Shown: piece after piece, positions 17,952 through 28,443 of the stretch
Numbering within the stretch: position 1 is the first letter of the stretch
Layout of the letters: every line of letters starts with the position of its first letter
Source: Candidatus Krumholzibacteriota bacterium
GTDB taxonomy: Bacteria; Krumholzibacteriota; Krumholzibacteriia; JAJRXK01
Direction of reading: 5' to 3'
DNA: 64,000 nt
Assembly: GCA_963764625.1 (NCBI GenBank)
Contig: CAVXTH010000006.1
Coordinates: forward strand, 256,001-320,000
Program-made: the position numbers and the translations under genes
Notes under the pieces: model-generated
What the model saw: only the letters and a program-made list of their open reading frames with translations
Database searches by the model: none
Told to the model about the DNA's origin: nothing

Positions 17952-20600
17952 GTGAAATTGCTCTTTGGCGCCCTTATGCTCACGTGCAGCGTCGTCGGCA
18001 GCGCACGCGCCCAGGATGGGCCGTTTCCGGGGCCGCATTATCTGAGTGCTCCTGGTGGACCCGCCTACATGATCGCCCAGGATCTGAACTCCGATGGCAT
18101 CACGGACCTCCTCTCCACCTGTCCGCGGCTGGGCACCCTCCTTCTGCACGAGGGGCTGGGGAACGGGCTGTACAAGCTCGTCCAGAACCTCAACGTGGCG
18201 GGCACGCCGTACCGAATCGCGGTCGGCGATCTCAATCGGGACACGCGGACCGACCTGGTCTGGATCGACCAGGACTCGGGAACTCTGTACTGGGCCTATG
18301 CGAATGTCCCGCCTGGCATCTCCTTCTCCGGCGGAAGCTTCTTGCCCGAGGGAGAGGAGGCGAGCGGTCTGGCGCTGACCGATTTCGACGGTGACGGATG
18401 GCTCGATGCCGTGGTGAGCGTGGGTGGAGGTGACGAGCTCGCCATCCACTTAAACGATGGTGCCGGGTCGCTGCTCGCGGGCCAATTTCAATCGGTGGGC
18501 GACCACCCGACCCAGGTGCTGACGACGACAGCGCCCTCCACCGGCTTGCCTCGACTGATCGTGGCGCAAGAGGGGGTTTTGTCGCAGAACGTCGCGGTGT
18601 ACGACGGACTCACTCCGACTCTTTCGCAAGAGATTCCCAGCGGGCAACCCGACTGGCTCGAATCGGATCCATGGGACGGTGATTCCCTGGATGATCTTTT
18701 CCTCGTGGTGCAGGGCGGGACGCAGCTGCAGGTTTATCGAGCCCTTCCCGATGGCTCGTACCAGTTCGCGCAGGGCGCTCCTCTGGAACCGGGAACGGTT
18801 TCCCTGACGCAGCTCGAGCCCATGGCATCTCTACGGCGCTTGATCGTCGGAGAAGCGAGCCGCGACCGGCTCACTCTCCTGGAAGGAACCCCCGGGGTGA
18901 GCATCACTCCGCGCCGGTCATGGTTCGTGGGACACGGCTTCGAGCAGGTTTTGAGCGCACAGACCGATGGAGTGGGGCGGAAGGAAGTCCTGGTGCCCTT
19001 GCAGGACGAAGAGACGATCGCGATCATCCAGCAGAACGGCGAAGGTCTCCTCGCGTATCCCTCGGTGGCCGTCGGCACGCAGGCGCGCAGCGTGCACTAT
19101 CTTGCCCCCAGCCCTTCGCATCCGGCGCGGGTCGTGGTGCTGCACCAAGCCAACCCCATCCTGCGCATCTACGAACCCTATGAACAATCGTTGCGGCAAG
19201 TCGCCCAAATCGACGGCAGCACAGGATTGAGCCGCCTCCGCTGGGATGAACTGGACGGGAACGGCCAGCCCGATCTGATCGGATTGCGGACTGGGGTGGG
19301 AGTCGAGGTGCGCCTGGCCGACGGTGCCGGCGTGTTCGGTCCGCCCACGCTCGTCCCCCTCGCGGCCGATCTCACCGGCCTCGATGCCGAAGACATCGAC
19401 GGCGATGGCATCCCCGATCTGATGGTGGCGGATCACGATGCCTCTCTGGTTCATTTCTTTCTCGGGGACGGCAGCGGCGGTTTCACCGAAACCTCCGCGG
19501 TGGAGACCGCATTACCTCCCACGCTGGCGATCCTCAGCGATCTCGATCTCGATGGTTACGCCGATCTCCTGCTTCTGGACGGCACGAACTTTCTCTCGAT
19601 CTTCTATAACGACGGCGGACACTTCAGCTCTCCCATCCGACCGTTGATCGGAAGCGGAAGCGACCAGATTCTGGTGGAGAGAATGAACGCCGATGAGTAC
19701 CCCGACATTCTCGTGGCCAAGGGCGGCTCTCAGAGCAGCTATACCACCTACATCAGCACCGCGAAGCGAGTGTATGCACTGGCGTCCTTGGGGGAGACGA
19801 CCAAGACCGGCCTGAACCAGGTTCGACTGGCGGACATCTCGGAGGACGGGCTCGCCGATCTCGTGTTTTCTTCCATTGCGGTGAAGGGGGTTCGCATCCG
19901 GGAGGGCTTGGGCGACGGCACCTTCGCCGAGGGAATCACCCTCACCGCGGCGTCTCTGGTGCTTTCCCTGGATGTCGGTGACGTCGATGGCGACCTGCGG
20001 AACGACATCATCCTCCTGGATGGAATCTCCGGGAGCATGCATTTGCTCCTGCGCGATCCCCAACCTCTCGTCGACGCCGCCCCGCGTCTGCAGGCCACTC
20101 GAACCGAGAGTGGGGTGGAGCTGAGCACGCAGACTCTGCAGCGAGTTACGGTAACGCGGCTGCGCGATGGCTTGCCGATCGCTCTGCGCGAGGAGGGCGG
20201 GGGCATCTGGCGCGCCCTGGACTCTTCGGCATCGCGCGATGCAGAAGAGTACTCCCTGTTGGATGCTTCAGGCCGCGAGCTGGATCGAACCCGGGTGCAA
20301 GCGGCCGTCGGCCTGGGGACGCAGGTGCTGTTGTCCGCGCCTTCGCCCAATCCGGGCAGCGGAACGGTGCGCTTTCGCTTCAGGGCCACGACTGGTTCTT
20401 CACCGCGCGTGCGTCTCGTCGACGCGCGGGGTCGGGTGGTCGCTCACCTCGTGAGCGCGCTGAGCCCGGACGGCTGGTATCAGAGTTCGTGGAACGGACT
20501 CGACGCGCACGGGCGCGCGGTGGCCAGAGGACGTTATCACGTCGATCTGGAAGTGGAAGGGAGGCACCTCAGCCGTGCGTTGGTGTGGTTGGGACGTTGA
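17952..20600 (+). CDS. Secreted FG-GAP/VCBS repeat protein with C-terminal FlgD-Ig (T9SS-CTD-like) domain
   Basis: Repeated DxNxDGxxD motifs; C-term PSPNP...DARGRVV...WNGLDxxGRxVARGxY. Confidence 0.85.
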   Translation: MKLLFGALMLTCSVVGSARAQDGPFPGPHYLSAPGGPAYMIAQDLNSDGITDLLSTCPRLGTLLLHEGLGNGLYKLVQNLNVAGTPYRIAVGDLNRDTRTDLVWIDQDSGTLYWAYANVPPGISFSGGSFLPEGEEASGLALTDFDGDGWLDAVVSVGGGDELAIHLNDGAGSLLAGQFQSVGDHPTQVLTTTAPSTGLPRLIVAQEGVLSQNVAVYDGLTPTLSQEIPSGQPDWLESDPWDGDSLDDLFLVVQGGTQLQVYRALPDGSYQFAQGAPLEPGTVSLTQLEPMASLRRLIVGEASRDRLTLLEGTPGVSITPRRSWFVGHGFEQVLSAQTDGVGRKEVLVPLQDEETIAIIQQNGEGLLAYPSVAVGTQARSVHYLAPSPSHPARVVVLHQANPILRIYEPYEQSLRQVAQIDGSTGLSRLRWDELDGNGQPDLIGLRTGVGVEVRLADGAGVFGPPTLVPLAADLTGLDAEDIDGDGIPDLMVADHDASLVHFFLGDGSGGFTETSAVETALPPTLAILSDLDLDGYADLLLLDGTNFLSIFYNDGGHFSSPIRPLIGSGSDQILVERMNADEYPDILVAKGGSQSSYTTYISTAKRVYALASLGETTKTGLNQVRLADISEDGLADLVFSSIAVKGVRIREGLGDGTFAEGITLTAASLVLSLDVGDVDGDLRNDIILLDGISGSMHLLLRDPQPLVDAAPRLQATRTESGVELSTQTLQRVTVTRLRDGLPIALREEGGGIWRALDSSASRDAEEYSLLDASGRELDRTRVQAAVGLGTQVLLSAPSPNPGSGTVRFRFRATTGSSPRVRLVDARGRVVAHLVSALSPDGWYQSSWNGLDAHGRAVARGRYHVDLEVEGRHLSRALVWLGR

Positions 20601-21525
20601 GCTGCGGAGGGACGTAGCTCACTTCCTCCTCGAGCTCGATGCCGAATTGTTCGCGCACTCGTCGCTTCATCTCCGTGGCCAGCGTGAGCACGTCTTTCGC
20701 GGTGGCGCCACCGGCATTGATGATGATGTTGGCGTGCTTGTGAAAAACGGCCGCACCTCCCACGCGAAGTGCTTTCGCTCCGACTTCCTCCAGCAACTTT
20801 CCCGCGGGAATGCGGCGCTCGTTCGGATCGAGAGGAGGGACATTCTTGAAGTAGCTCCCCGCGCAGGGCTCGATTTGGGGATGCTTGCGTTCGCGCAGCT
20901 CGACGTTCTTTCGGATCGTGGCCTGGCTCTGCTCCCGCTTGCCCTCGTCCAAATGCAGGGAGAGATCGACGAGGACGTTTCCGTTCCGTTTCAGGGCGCT
21001 CTCCCGGTAGGCGAAATGGAAGTCCCCGGGTCCAACCTCGGCCAGTCGTCCGTCGCTCTGGATCCAGCGGGCGCTCACCAGAAAATCGCCGATCGACTGG
21101 CCATAGCAACCGGCGTTGCCCCACAGCGCGCCCCCGACGGTCCCGGGAATCCCGGCCGCGAATTCGAGCCCTGAGAGGCCCTTTGCGACAGTTTCGAGGA
21201 TCAGCTCGTGGAAGCCCACTCCCGCTTCCACCCGAATCGTTCGGTCCTCGTAGCTCCGGTGCATCATGCGGACGGCGATGACCAGGGCCCTGAGTCCTTC
21301 GTCGTCGAAGAGCAGGTTGCTACCGCCTCCCATGAGAAAAATAGGTATCTTGAGTTCTCGGGCCGCGCCCAAGAGCTCGGCCAACAGGACGCGATCCTCG
21401 ACCTCGACGAAGCGGTCCGCCTTTCCGCCGATCTTGAAGGTGGTATAGGGGGCGATCGGGTGGTCTATTTGAAGACGTCCCGGGAATCTCAGATCGAGTT
21501 CGGAGTATTGAATAGGTGCGCGCAT
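20569..21525 (-). CDS. murB: UDP-N-acetylenolpyruvoylglucosamine reductase
   Basis: TTFKIGG, GGGSNLL, GIPGTVGGA..NAG, FAYRES, AGSYFKN, HANIIIN, LEEEV. Confidence 0.95.
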   Translation of the reverse strand: MRAPIQYSELDLRFPGRLQIDHPIAPYTTFKIGGKADRFVEVEDRVLLAELLGAARELKIPIFLMGGGSNLLFDDEGLRALVIAVRMMHRSYEDRTIRVEAGVGFHELILETVAKGLSGLEFAAGIPGTVGGALWGNAGCYGQSIGDFLVSARWIQSDGRLAEVGPGDFHFAYRESALKRNGNVLVDLSLHLDEGKREQSQATIRKNVELRERKHPQIEPCAGSYFKNVPPLDPNERRIPAGKLLEEVGAKALRVGGAAVFHKHANIIINAGGATAKDVLTLATEMKRRVREQFGIELEEEVSYVPPQLNVPTTPTHG

Positions 21526-21607
21526 GGACTCCGAAGTGGCGAAACCGGGCATTAGATTACACCCTGATGGAGACTTCGAGGCGCCAGCTTAGAGAGGACC
21601 CCAGAGC

Positions 21608-22675
21608 TTGTCAATCCGACCCGCAAATGAGAGCACGCGGAGGAACACAGGATCGACCGATGCGAAGATCTGGCTGTGGGCCTTTCTGCTCACGCTCTTT
21701 CTGCACGGCCTCTTCCTCTCCCTGGTCGTGGTCCTCAGACCCTTCGATGCCAAGCCGGTGCAGGCCAAGGAACCGGATCCAATCCGGATGGTGTTCCGGC
21801 AGGACGCGGCCCCCGTGACTGCGCCGAGCGAGAGGGATAAGCCGAAGACCTTCAGTGAGCTCCCTCCTGACCGGCAGGACAAGGCTCCCGAGCAGGCGGA
21901 CTTGCTCAGCAACGTAAACAGTCGCGCGCGCGATCAAGTGCCCGATGGAGAAAAGGGAGCTCTCCCGCGGATGACGGGCGAGTCCGAGATTCCCCAGGTG
22001 GCCATGCGCCCCAGTCCGATCGGTAGCGCCACCGCGGCCCCGCAAGAGGCCAATCCGAAGGGTGACTCTCAGGCGAAGTCCGACGAAGATCGACACACGC
22101 CCAGTGTCGGCGGAGAGCAGGAGTTGCCCGCTTCCCTCGATCAACAAAACGGGAAGGACGACCGCGAGGCTTTCCTTCAGGGGAATCCCCAGGGCGAGCT
22201 CGAGCGCAGAAAGACCGCGAGCGATCCCAAGCAGGATCTGCTGCGCAACCAGGGCCGGGCAGTTCCTCAGCTGGTGCGCCCCGACAAGGGGATGCAGGAC
22301 ATCTTTCAGGAGGAGATGCACAACCCCGGGGGCGACACCGCTCTCTTCGGTGACATCAGCCTCAACACGCTCGAATGGCCCTGGGCTCCCTGGCTGCAGC
22401 GCTTTCGACGCGACTTCGTACGGAACTGGGTGGCGCCCTACGCGTACTATCTGGGCCTCATCGACGGCTATACGGTCGTGGAACTCGAGGTTGCCCCCGA
22501 CGGCCGTATGTTGCGCCTGGACGTTCTCGATGAGAAAGGACACGAATCCCTGGGACAGAACAGCGTGGCCGCGTTCAAAGCGACCGCCCCATTCCGGCCG
22601 CTGCCCCCCGGATTCCCTGAACCCACTCTCGTGCTGCGAATCAAGCTCATCTATCCTCCGCTGCGCCGGCCTTAA
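21608..22675 (+). CDS. TonB/TolA-like energy transducer
   Basis: N-terminal TM with H (TLFLHG), low-complexity linker, C-terminal domain ending APFRPLPPGFP. Confidence 0.75.
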   Translation: MSIRPANESTRRNTGSTDAKIWLWAFLLTLFLHGLFLSLVVVLRPFDAKPVQAKEPDPIRMVFRQDAAPVTAPSERDKPKTFSELPPDRQDKAPEQADLLSNVNSRARDQVPDGEKGALPRMTGESEIPQVAMRPSPIGSATAAPQEANPKGDSQAKSDEDRHTPSVGGEQELPASLDQQNGKDDREAFLQGNPQGELERRKTASDPKQDLLRNQGRAVPQLVRPDKGMQDIFQEEMHNPGGDTALFGDISLNTLEWPWAPWLQRFRRDFVRNWVAPYAYYLGLIDGYTVVELEVAPDGRMLRLDVLDEKGHESLGQNSVAAFKATAPFRPLPPGFPEPTLVLRIKLIYPPLRRP

Positions 22676-22771
22676 GGCCCCGGCTCAGCAGAGGCCGCCT
22701 GCTTGCCAGCGGCTGCCCTTGCCCCTATGGTGGGGGCCGAATCGACTCGAAAACCGCCTGGAGCGCGACAG

Positions 22772-23428
22772 ATGTTGGATAGCCTTCTCAGTGCCGGCCC
22801 CGTGATGATTCCCCTCGCGCTCTGTAGTTTGCTCGCGGGAACGATTGCGGTGGAACGCGTATTCGCGCTTCGACGTTCGCGCGTCCTGCCCAAGGAAATC
22901 GTGGAAGCGGTCGAGTCGGTGCAGGCGGGGAAGGACCTTTCGGTCGCCATCGAGATCTGCCGGCGCAACCCCGGAGTGTTCAGCCACATCATGCGCGAAG
23001 GCCTGGAAAGGGCCAACGAACCCTGGCAGGAGATGCGTGACGCGGTCATCGACACCGGCCGCCAGGAGACTCCGCAGCTGGAGCGCAATATGGTGTGGTT
23101 GGAGACCATCGCCCAGGCCGCGCCCCTGTTGGGTCTTTTGGGGACCGTATTGGGGATGATCAAGGTGTTCGCTGCAATCTCGATCGCCGGTCTGGGTGAC
23201 CCCTCGGCGCTGAGCGAGGGAATCAGCGAGGCGATGATCACCACCGCGGTGGGACTGGCCATCGGGATTCCCACCCTGATCGCGCACAACCTGGTGGCTT
23301 CCCGCGCCACGAATCTCATCACCGAAATCGAAGCGTACGCGTCTCGCCTCGTCACCCGCTTGCGTCGCGGAGATGCCAGCGTCTCCGAGCTGCAGCCGGT
23401 CGAGTTCCATCGGGGGGTCGAAGCTTGA
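22772..23428 (+). CDS. exbB: MotA/TolQ/ExbB proton channel protein
   Basis: APLLGLLGTVLGMI, GISEAMITTAVGL. Confidence 0.9.
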   Translation: MLDSLLSAGPVMIPLALCSLLAGTIAVERVFALRRSRVLPKEIVEAVESVQAGKDLSVAIEICRRNPGVFSHIMREGLERANEPWQEMRDAVIDTGRQETPQLERNMVWLETIAQAAPLLGLLGTVLGMIKVFAAISIAGLGDPSALSEGISEAMITTAVGLAIGIPTLIAHNLVASRATNLITEIEAYASRLVTRLRRGDASVSELQPVEFHRGVEA

Positions 23429-23868
23429 GCGAGATGGTCTTCCGCGAGCGCAAGAAGCGGTCGAATGTCACTCTGAACGTGACCTCGCTCGTCGACGTGC
23501 TCTTCCTGCTCTTGATCTTCTTCATGGTCACCGGCACCTTCAAGCGCGCGGGTGAGATGCAATTGGATCTTCCCGAGTCCTCGACCTCATCGCCGCGGTC
23601 CGAGGGCGCGCACAGCTATCAGAGCAAGCTCGTTCTCCACGAGGACGGCACGGTCATTCTGAACGACGAGTCGGTGGAGCTGTCCCAGCTGGCCGCGAAG
23701 CTCAAGAAGCTGGCGGGGCAAGACGCCAGCGCCACGATCCTTCTGGAAGCCGAGGCGGGGGCGCGCTACGGGGACGCGATTCACCTCATGGACTTGGTGC
23801 GCGAGGCGGGCTTCGGTGGGGTCTCCGTGGGGACGCAGCTGAAGACCTTCCGGGACGAGAAACCATGA
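23425..23868 (+). CDS. exbD: ExbD/TolR biopolymer transport protein
   Basis: NVTSLVDVLFLLLIFFMV. Confidence 0.92.
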   Translation: MSEMVFRERKKRSNVTLNVTSLVDVLFLLLIFFMVTGTFKRAGEMQLDLPESSTSSPRSEGAHSYQSKLVLHEDGTVILNDESVELSQLAAKLKKLAGQDASATILLEAEAGARYGDAIHLMDLVREAGFGGVSVGTQLKTFRDEKP

Positions 23869-25308
23869 AGAATATTTTTCGCCGGTCCCGCGGCGGACAG
23901 GGCGTGCTGCTCGCTTCCTTTCTGGTGGCTATGCTAGCCTTCGGGTGCAGCAGCAACGAGTTCGGTCCCACCGGCTCGGATCTGCCTGCCGACGTGAGTC
24001 AGGACAGCCTGGCCATCCCGCTACAGATCAACGGCACGATGCAGGAGCAGCGCTTCGACATGCCCTTGCTCGATCCTCCGCAGGGAGCTCCCATCAACCA
24101 GCGTGAGTTCCTTTACTTCGGAACGCGGCCGAACGCGGGGTTGAAGGCCACGCCTTTCATCCAGTACGACTTTTCAGACATCCGACAGAGCGCTCTCGAC
24201 TCGTTGCAGGCGGATCCCGATCTCATCACCTCGATTCCCGTCACCCTCCGCGTCGGCAAGTACGATCAGGACCAGGCGATCCACGTGGGAATCTATGAGC
24301 TCTCGGCCCCGCTCGATTCCACCATGGTCAAGAATCCCATCGCCGATCATCTGGGGGATGAACTGGGCGAGTACACGGTCCTGGGAGGTGGAGGCACTCG
24401 GGTGATCGACCTTCTCGAAGGTCAAGACGCGGCCAACGCTTTGGCTTTGAAACAGAAAGTCGTCGGCTGGATGCTTGCTGGGGAGCACAACGGTTTCGCC
24501 TTCGTCGATCTGGACGGCGACACGCCGCTCGTCGCCATGACCAGCCGGGACTTCAATTTAGGGGCCCACGAATTCCTGCTCTGGGACGCGCGTCCCAATC
24601 GACGTGACCCTCGTCGTGTATCCCATTTTCACCGTCAACTACTGCGCCGGGTGTGACTGATGGACAGGACTATGGCTTCATCTTCAATTCGAAGCGGGAC
24701 CTGACCGTATTCGAGCGCTCGCAGCCGGTAAGCACCTTGGTGCTCGCCAGCCATCTTACGCGCCGGGTGTTGCTCAACTTCGATCTCTCCACCATTCCGC
24801 GCGCCGCGACCATCAACAGCGCGGAGTTGGTGCTGCACATCGACAAGGATCACGTAGTCGCCGGCGGTCTGCCCGGTCAGGAACCACCCCGATCCCGGAC
24901 TCGCCGAGCGCCGAGCAATCAACGCGCGCCACCGGTGATCGTACCTTCGACAACAGCACCCTCACTCCCATCGACTAGAGCGTATTGGTCTACGAAGCCA
25001 GCGGCAAAGGGAGGACTCGACCACCGCGGGGCTGCCCCAGGTGCTCGGCGCTCTGACCACGCTCCGGCCCGACGTGATCCTGAGCGGGACCCGAAGCCAC
25101 CGACGAAGATCTACGTATCAACATCGCCGATTACGCACAGCGTCTGGTGAATGGAATCTTCGGGAGCAGTCCACCCGGCCTCTTGTTGGCCTTCGCGAGT
25201 GAACAGTTGCAGTACTTCGAGGTTCCTCTCTTCGACAGCACCGCGAGTGATTCCCTGCGGCCGCGCATCGAGATTCGCTTCACCCCGCCCGCGGACTTCG
25301 GAAATTGA
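23865..25308 (+). pseudogene. Lipoprotein (DUF4270/DNRLRE-like), broken by several indels at ~24590-25095
   Basis: Lipobox LAFGC; LLNFDLSTIP...INSAELVLH; C-terminal PRIEIRFTPP ending TGA 25308; coherent protein recoverable only by repeated frame switching. Confidence 0.6.
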
Positions 25309-25319
25309 GGGTGGGGAAG

Positions 25320-26552
25320 ATGTTCACACGCGCTCACTGCCTGACGGCCGGGACACGGCACTCGTTCGCGACCGCGCTGACCATCATGGTCTGTCTGATG
25401 GTGGCACTTCTGTTCAGGGCCGAGTCCGCGCGCGCCGATTCCATCTTCAACCAGTCGTATTTCGGTGGGGTCTCTTCCATGACGGACGCGCGTGGAGAAG
25501 GACGGGGAGGGGCCAACTTCGGCTACACGGACTCTCTCAACGCCAACGTGGGGATCCCCACCCAGCTTCTGGACCTGCGGCGGGTGACCTTTTCGCTGAC
25601 CACGAACTGGGGCAGCACTAATTCCAAGGATGAGTACGGTTCGGTCAAGCGCTTCGACATCGCCAATCCCACCCTGCGGGTGGGGATGCCGCTGGGGCCG
25701 AACCTGGCCTTCGGTACCGGATTCGTCGCCCGGCGCAGCGCGCAGTGGACAATCGTGCGCGACGCGGCCGCCAGCCCAGATCCGAATGCGCCCGCGCAGG
25801 AGACCCTCGAACGCGAGGGCACGCTCTTCGACTTCCCCTTCGAATTGGGCGCCCAGCTCCATCGCAACCTGCGGGCCGGCGTGGGCCTGCTTCTGGTGCG
25901 AGGGACTCTCCGGCAGCGCTATTCGGCTGTCGTGCCCGGGGCGGGAGCCGATCCGGCTGACGTGCGCGAGGACGTTTTCTCGGGAGAAGCAGCCAAATTC
26001 GCCCTCGGGTTGTATGATGTAGGACCAGTGACGGTAACGGGATTCTACGTCCCGCAGTACGGCGCGAACGTGAACATTCAGGTGAGCGGCGTCTCCAAGG
26101 ACTCACGCCGCGAGGACCACCGAGTGGACACACTGCCGGCGCGGATTGGAGTGGGAACGCGCATCGATTTGCCCGGACGACTGAGTTGGGGTGGCGATTA
26201 CCGTAGGGAGTACTGGTCGAAGTACGAGGGTCGCCAGATCTACGATGGGCAACTGCAGGATGAGTGGTCGATCCACACCGGCCTCGAACTGGAGGAGCGG
26301 GGGTTGGGAAGACGCCGGAAGGCGCCGTGGCGCGTGGGATACTGGTACCGTAGCTGGAACTACTCCCTCATGGGAGAGCGAGTGAGCGAGTGGGCCACCA
26401 GTGTGGGAACCAGCCTCCGTTTGCTCGGGCCTTACAGTCGGGCGGACGTGGCGCTGCAATACGGCCGGATCGGTTCGATGGATCGCAATGGGGCGTCCGA
26501 GAGTTTCTTCCGTCTGGTGGTTTCGATCACCGGGGGAGAGAAGTGGTACTGA
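25320..26552 (+). CDS. Outer-membrane beta-barrel (FadL/OmpP1/PorV-like)
   Basis: Signal peptide, N-terminal ARGEGRGGA motif, amphipathic strands, C-terminal EKWY. Confidence 0.7.
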   Translation: MFTRAHCLTAGTRHSFATALTIMVCLMVALLFRAESARADSIFNQSYFGGVSSMTDARGEGRGGANFGYTDSLNANVGIPTQLLDLRRVTFSLTTNWGSTNSKDEYGSVKRFDIANPTLRVGMPLGPNLAFGTGFVARRSAQWTIVRDAAASPDPNAPAQETLEREGTLFDFPFELGAQLHRNLRAGVGLLLVRGTLRQRYSAVVPGAGADPADVREDVFSGEAAKFALGLYDVGPVTVTGFYVPQYGANVNIQVSGVSKDSRREDHRVDTLPARIGVGTRIDLPGRLSWGGDYRREYWSKYEGRQIYDGQLQDEWSIHTGLELEERGLGRRRKAPWRVGYWYRSWNYSLMGERVSEWATSVGTSLRLLGPYSRADVALQYGRIGSMDRNGASESFFRLVVSITGGEKWY

Positions 26553-26598
26553 GCAGAAGTCTCGCCGGCTCTTGCCGCGTGAATTCAGGGAGCGAATC

Positions 26599-27297
26599 AT
26601 GAAGCTGAATCGATTGCTTTACGGCTTTTTCATCCTGGCGCTTGCAGCCATCCCCGCGAGTGCCTCGACCAAGGGTGTCGAGCACGAATTGTCCAAGGAG
26701 ATGCAGAAGAAGGTCGACAGCCTGCCTGACAATCTCACGCGCATCGACTACTTGAAGGAGCAGGCACAAGCTCATCCCAAAGATCCGGGAATTCACTTCT
26801 CGCTGGGCAACCTGCTCCTGGACGAAAGCAAGAGCGACGAGGCCATCGAGGAGTACAAGAAGGCCACGGCCCTGGACGATTCGTTCCTGGGCGCCTGGGT
26901 CAACCTAGGCAATGCCTACGACGATTTGGACAAACTCGATCTGGCCCAGCAAACCTATTTGAAGGCGCTCAATCTGGATCCCACCGACGAAAAAACTCTG
27001 TGCAATCTGGGCGGAGTGTATTTCAAGAAGCGGCAGATCAACTCGGCTCTCGAGTGCTTCAAAAAGTCGCTAAAAAGTCATCCCGATTCGCAACTCACCC
27101 GCTACAACCTGGCGATTCTCTTCGCGGACTCGGAGATCTATCGTGAGGCCAAGCGGGAGTGGGAGAAGGCGGTCGCACTGGATCCCCAGAGCGATCTGGG
27201 AAAGCGCAGCGCGGAAAACATCAAGATCATCGACGATCTCATGAAGTCCGGTACGCCCGATCTTCCCAAGGCAGGGGAGAGCAAAGCCTCCAAGTAA
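26599..27297 (+). CDS. Exported tetratricopeptide-repeat protein
   Basis: Signal peptide; repeats HFSLGNLL, WVNLGNAY, CNLGGVY, YNLAILF. Confidence 0.85.
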   Translation: MKLNRLLYGFFILALAAIPASASTKGVEHELSKEMQKKVDSLPDNLTRIDYLKEQAQAHPKDPGIHFSLGNLLLDESKSDEAIEEYKKATALDDSFLGAWVNLGNAYDDLDKLDLAQQTYLKALNLDPTDEKTLCNLGGVYFKKRQINSALECFKKSLKSHPDSQLTRYNLAILFADSEIYREAKREWEKAVALDPQSDLGKRSAENIKIIDDLMKSGTPDLPKAGESKASK

Positions 27298-27336
27298 TTT
27301 CCTTGGGAAGCTGAGAACCGCCCCTCGAGGAGAGCG

Positions 27337-28443
27337 ATGTGGAAGGAAGTGAAACTCCCCGCTCCCGGGTCCCGCGTGGTGGTGGGACTTTCCGGCGGTG
27401 TCGACAGCGCGGTAGCGGCGCTGCGTCTCCAAGAACACGGCTGCGAAGTCCTGGGCGTTACCACCCGTAATTTCTGCGAAGACGATCTCCCGGGCGGAGC
27501 TGCCAGCACGGAACGCTCCTGCTGCTCAAAGGAAGCCGTCGCGGCCGCTCGCGAACTGGCGTCCGACTTGGGGGTGAGCCACCACGTCCTCGATCTGGCC
27601 GAGCCCTTCTCCAAGAATGTCATCGACGACTTCGTCGCGGAATACCAGTCGGGACAGACTCCGAATCCCTGCGTACGGTGCAATCGTTTCGTGCGCTATC
27701 CCTTCCTGTTGGATTTCGCCCGGACCATGGGAGCCGACTTGGTGGCGACCGGCCATTACGCGCGCCTCGTCGAGCATCCGGAGAGCGGTCGTCATGTCGC
27801 GCGCGCGGCGGACGAGGCCAAGGACCAATCCTACTATCTGCACGGTCTCTCGCCGGCCATCCTGAAGTTCTGCGCCTTTCCGTTGGGAGGGCTGCACAAG
27901 AGCGAAGTGCGGGAGCAAGCGCGGCGGCGCGGCTTGCCCGCGGCCGAAACTCCGGAGAGCCAGGAGATCTGTTTCGTTCCCGGAGGAGATCGCTCCGCCC
28001 TGGTTGCGGGGGGAATGGGTTCCGGCGAGATCGTCGATCGAGCCGGAAGGGTGCTGGGGCAGCACCGCGGACTCGCGCACTACACGGTGGGACAACGACG
28101 CGGACTGGGGCTTTCCGCCAATGGGACCCACTACGTGGTGGAACTGCGCGCGCAGGAGAACCGGGTTGTGGTGGGGATGGAGGAAGATCTGCTGCGCGAC
28201 TCATTGCTCTGCGATCAGGCGTGGCTGCGCGACCCTGCAGGGGGAGCGCCCGGGCTCGTTGCGCGTACCCGCTCGCGTCACCGCGGTCATCCGGTTGGCC
28301 GTCTCGCGTTCGAGCAGGGACGGCTAGAGGTCCAGCTTCAAGAAGTCGACCGGGCTCCGGCACCCGGGCAGTCACTCGTACTCTACCGTGATGGAGTCGT
28401 CGTGGGCGGCGGACGCATCAAGGAGTCGCAATGCGCAAGTTGA
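27337..28443 (+). CDS. mnmA: tRNA 2-thiouridine(34) synthase
   Basis: SGGVDS, TPNPCVRCN, ATGHY, KDQSY, ESQEICF, YTVGQRRGLG, PGQS. Confidence 0.96.
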   Translation: MWKEVKLPAPGSRVVVGLSGGVDSAVAALRLQEHGCEVLGVTTRNFCEDDLPGGAASTERSCCSKEAVAAARELASDLGVSHHVLDLAEPFSKNVIDDFVAEYQSGQTPNPCVRCNRFVRYPFLLDFARTMGADLVATGHYARLVEHPESGRHVARAADEAKDQSYYLHGLSPAILKFCAFPLGGLHKSEVREQARRRGLPAAETPESQEICFVPGGDRSALVAGGMGSGEIVDRAGRVLGQHRGLAHYTVGQRRGLGLSANGTHYVVELRAQENRVVVGMEEDLLRDSLLCDQAWLRDPAGGAPGLVARTRSRHRGHPVGRLAFEQGRLEVQLQEVDRAPAPGQSLVLYRDGVVVGGGRIKESQCAS

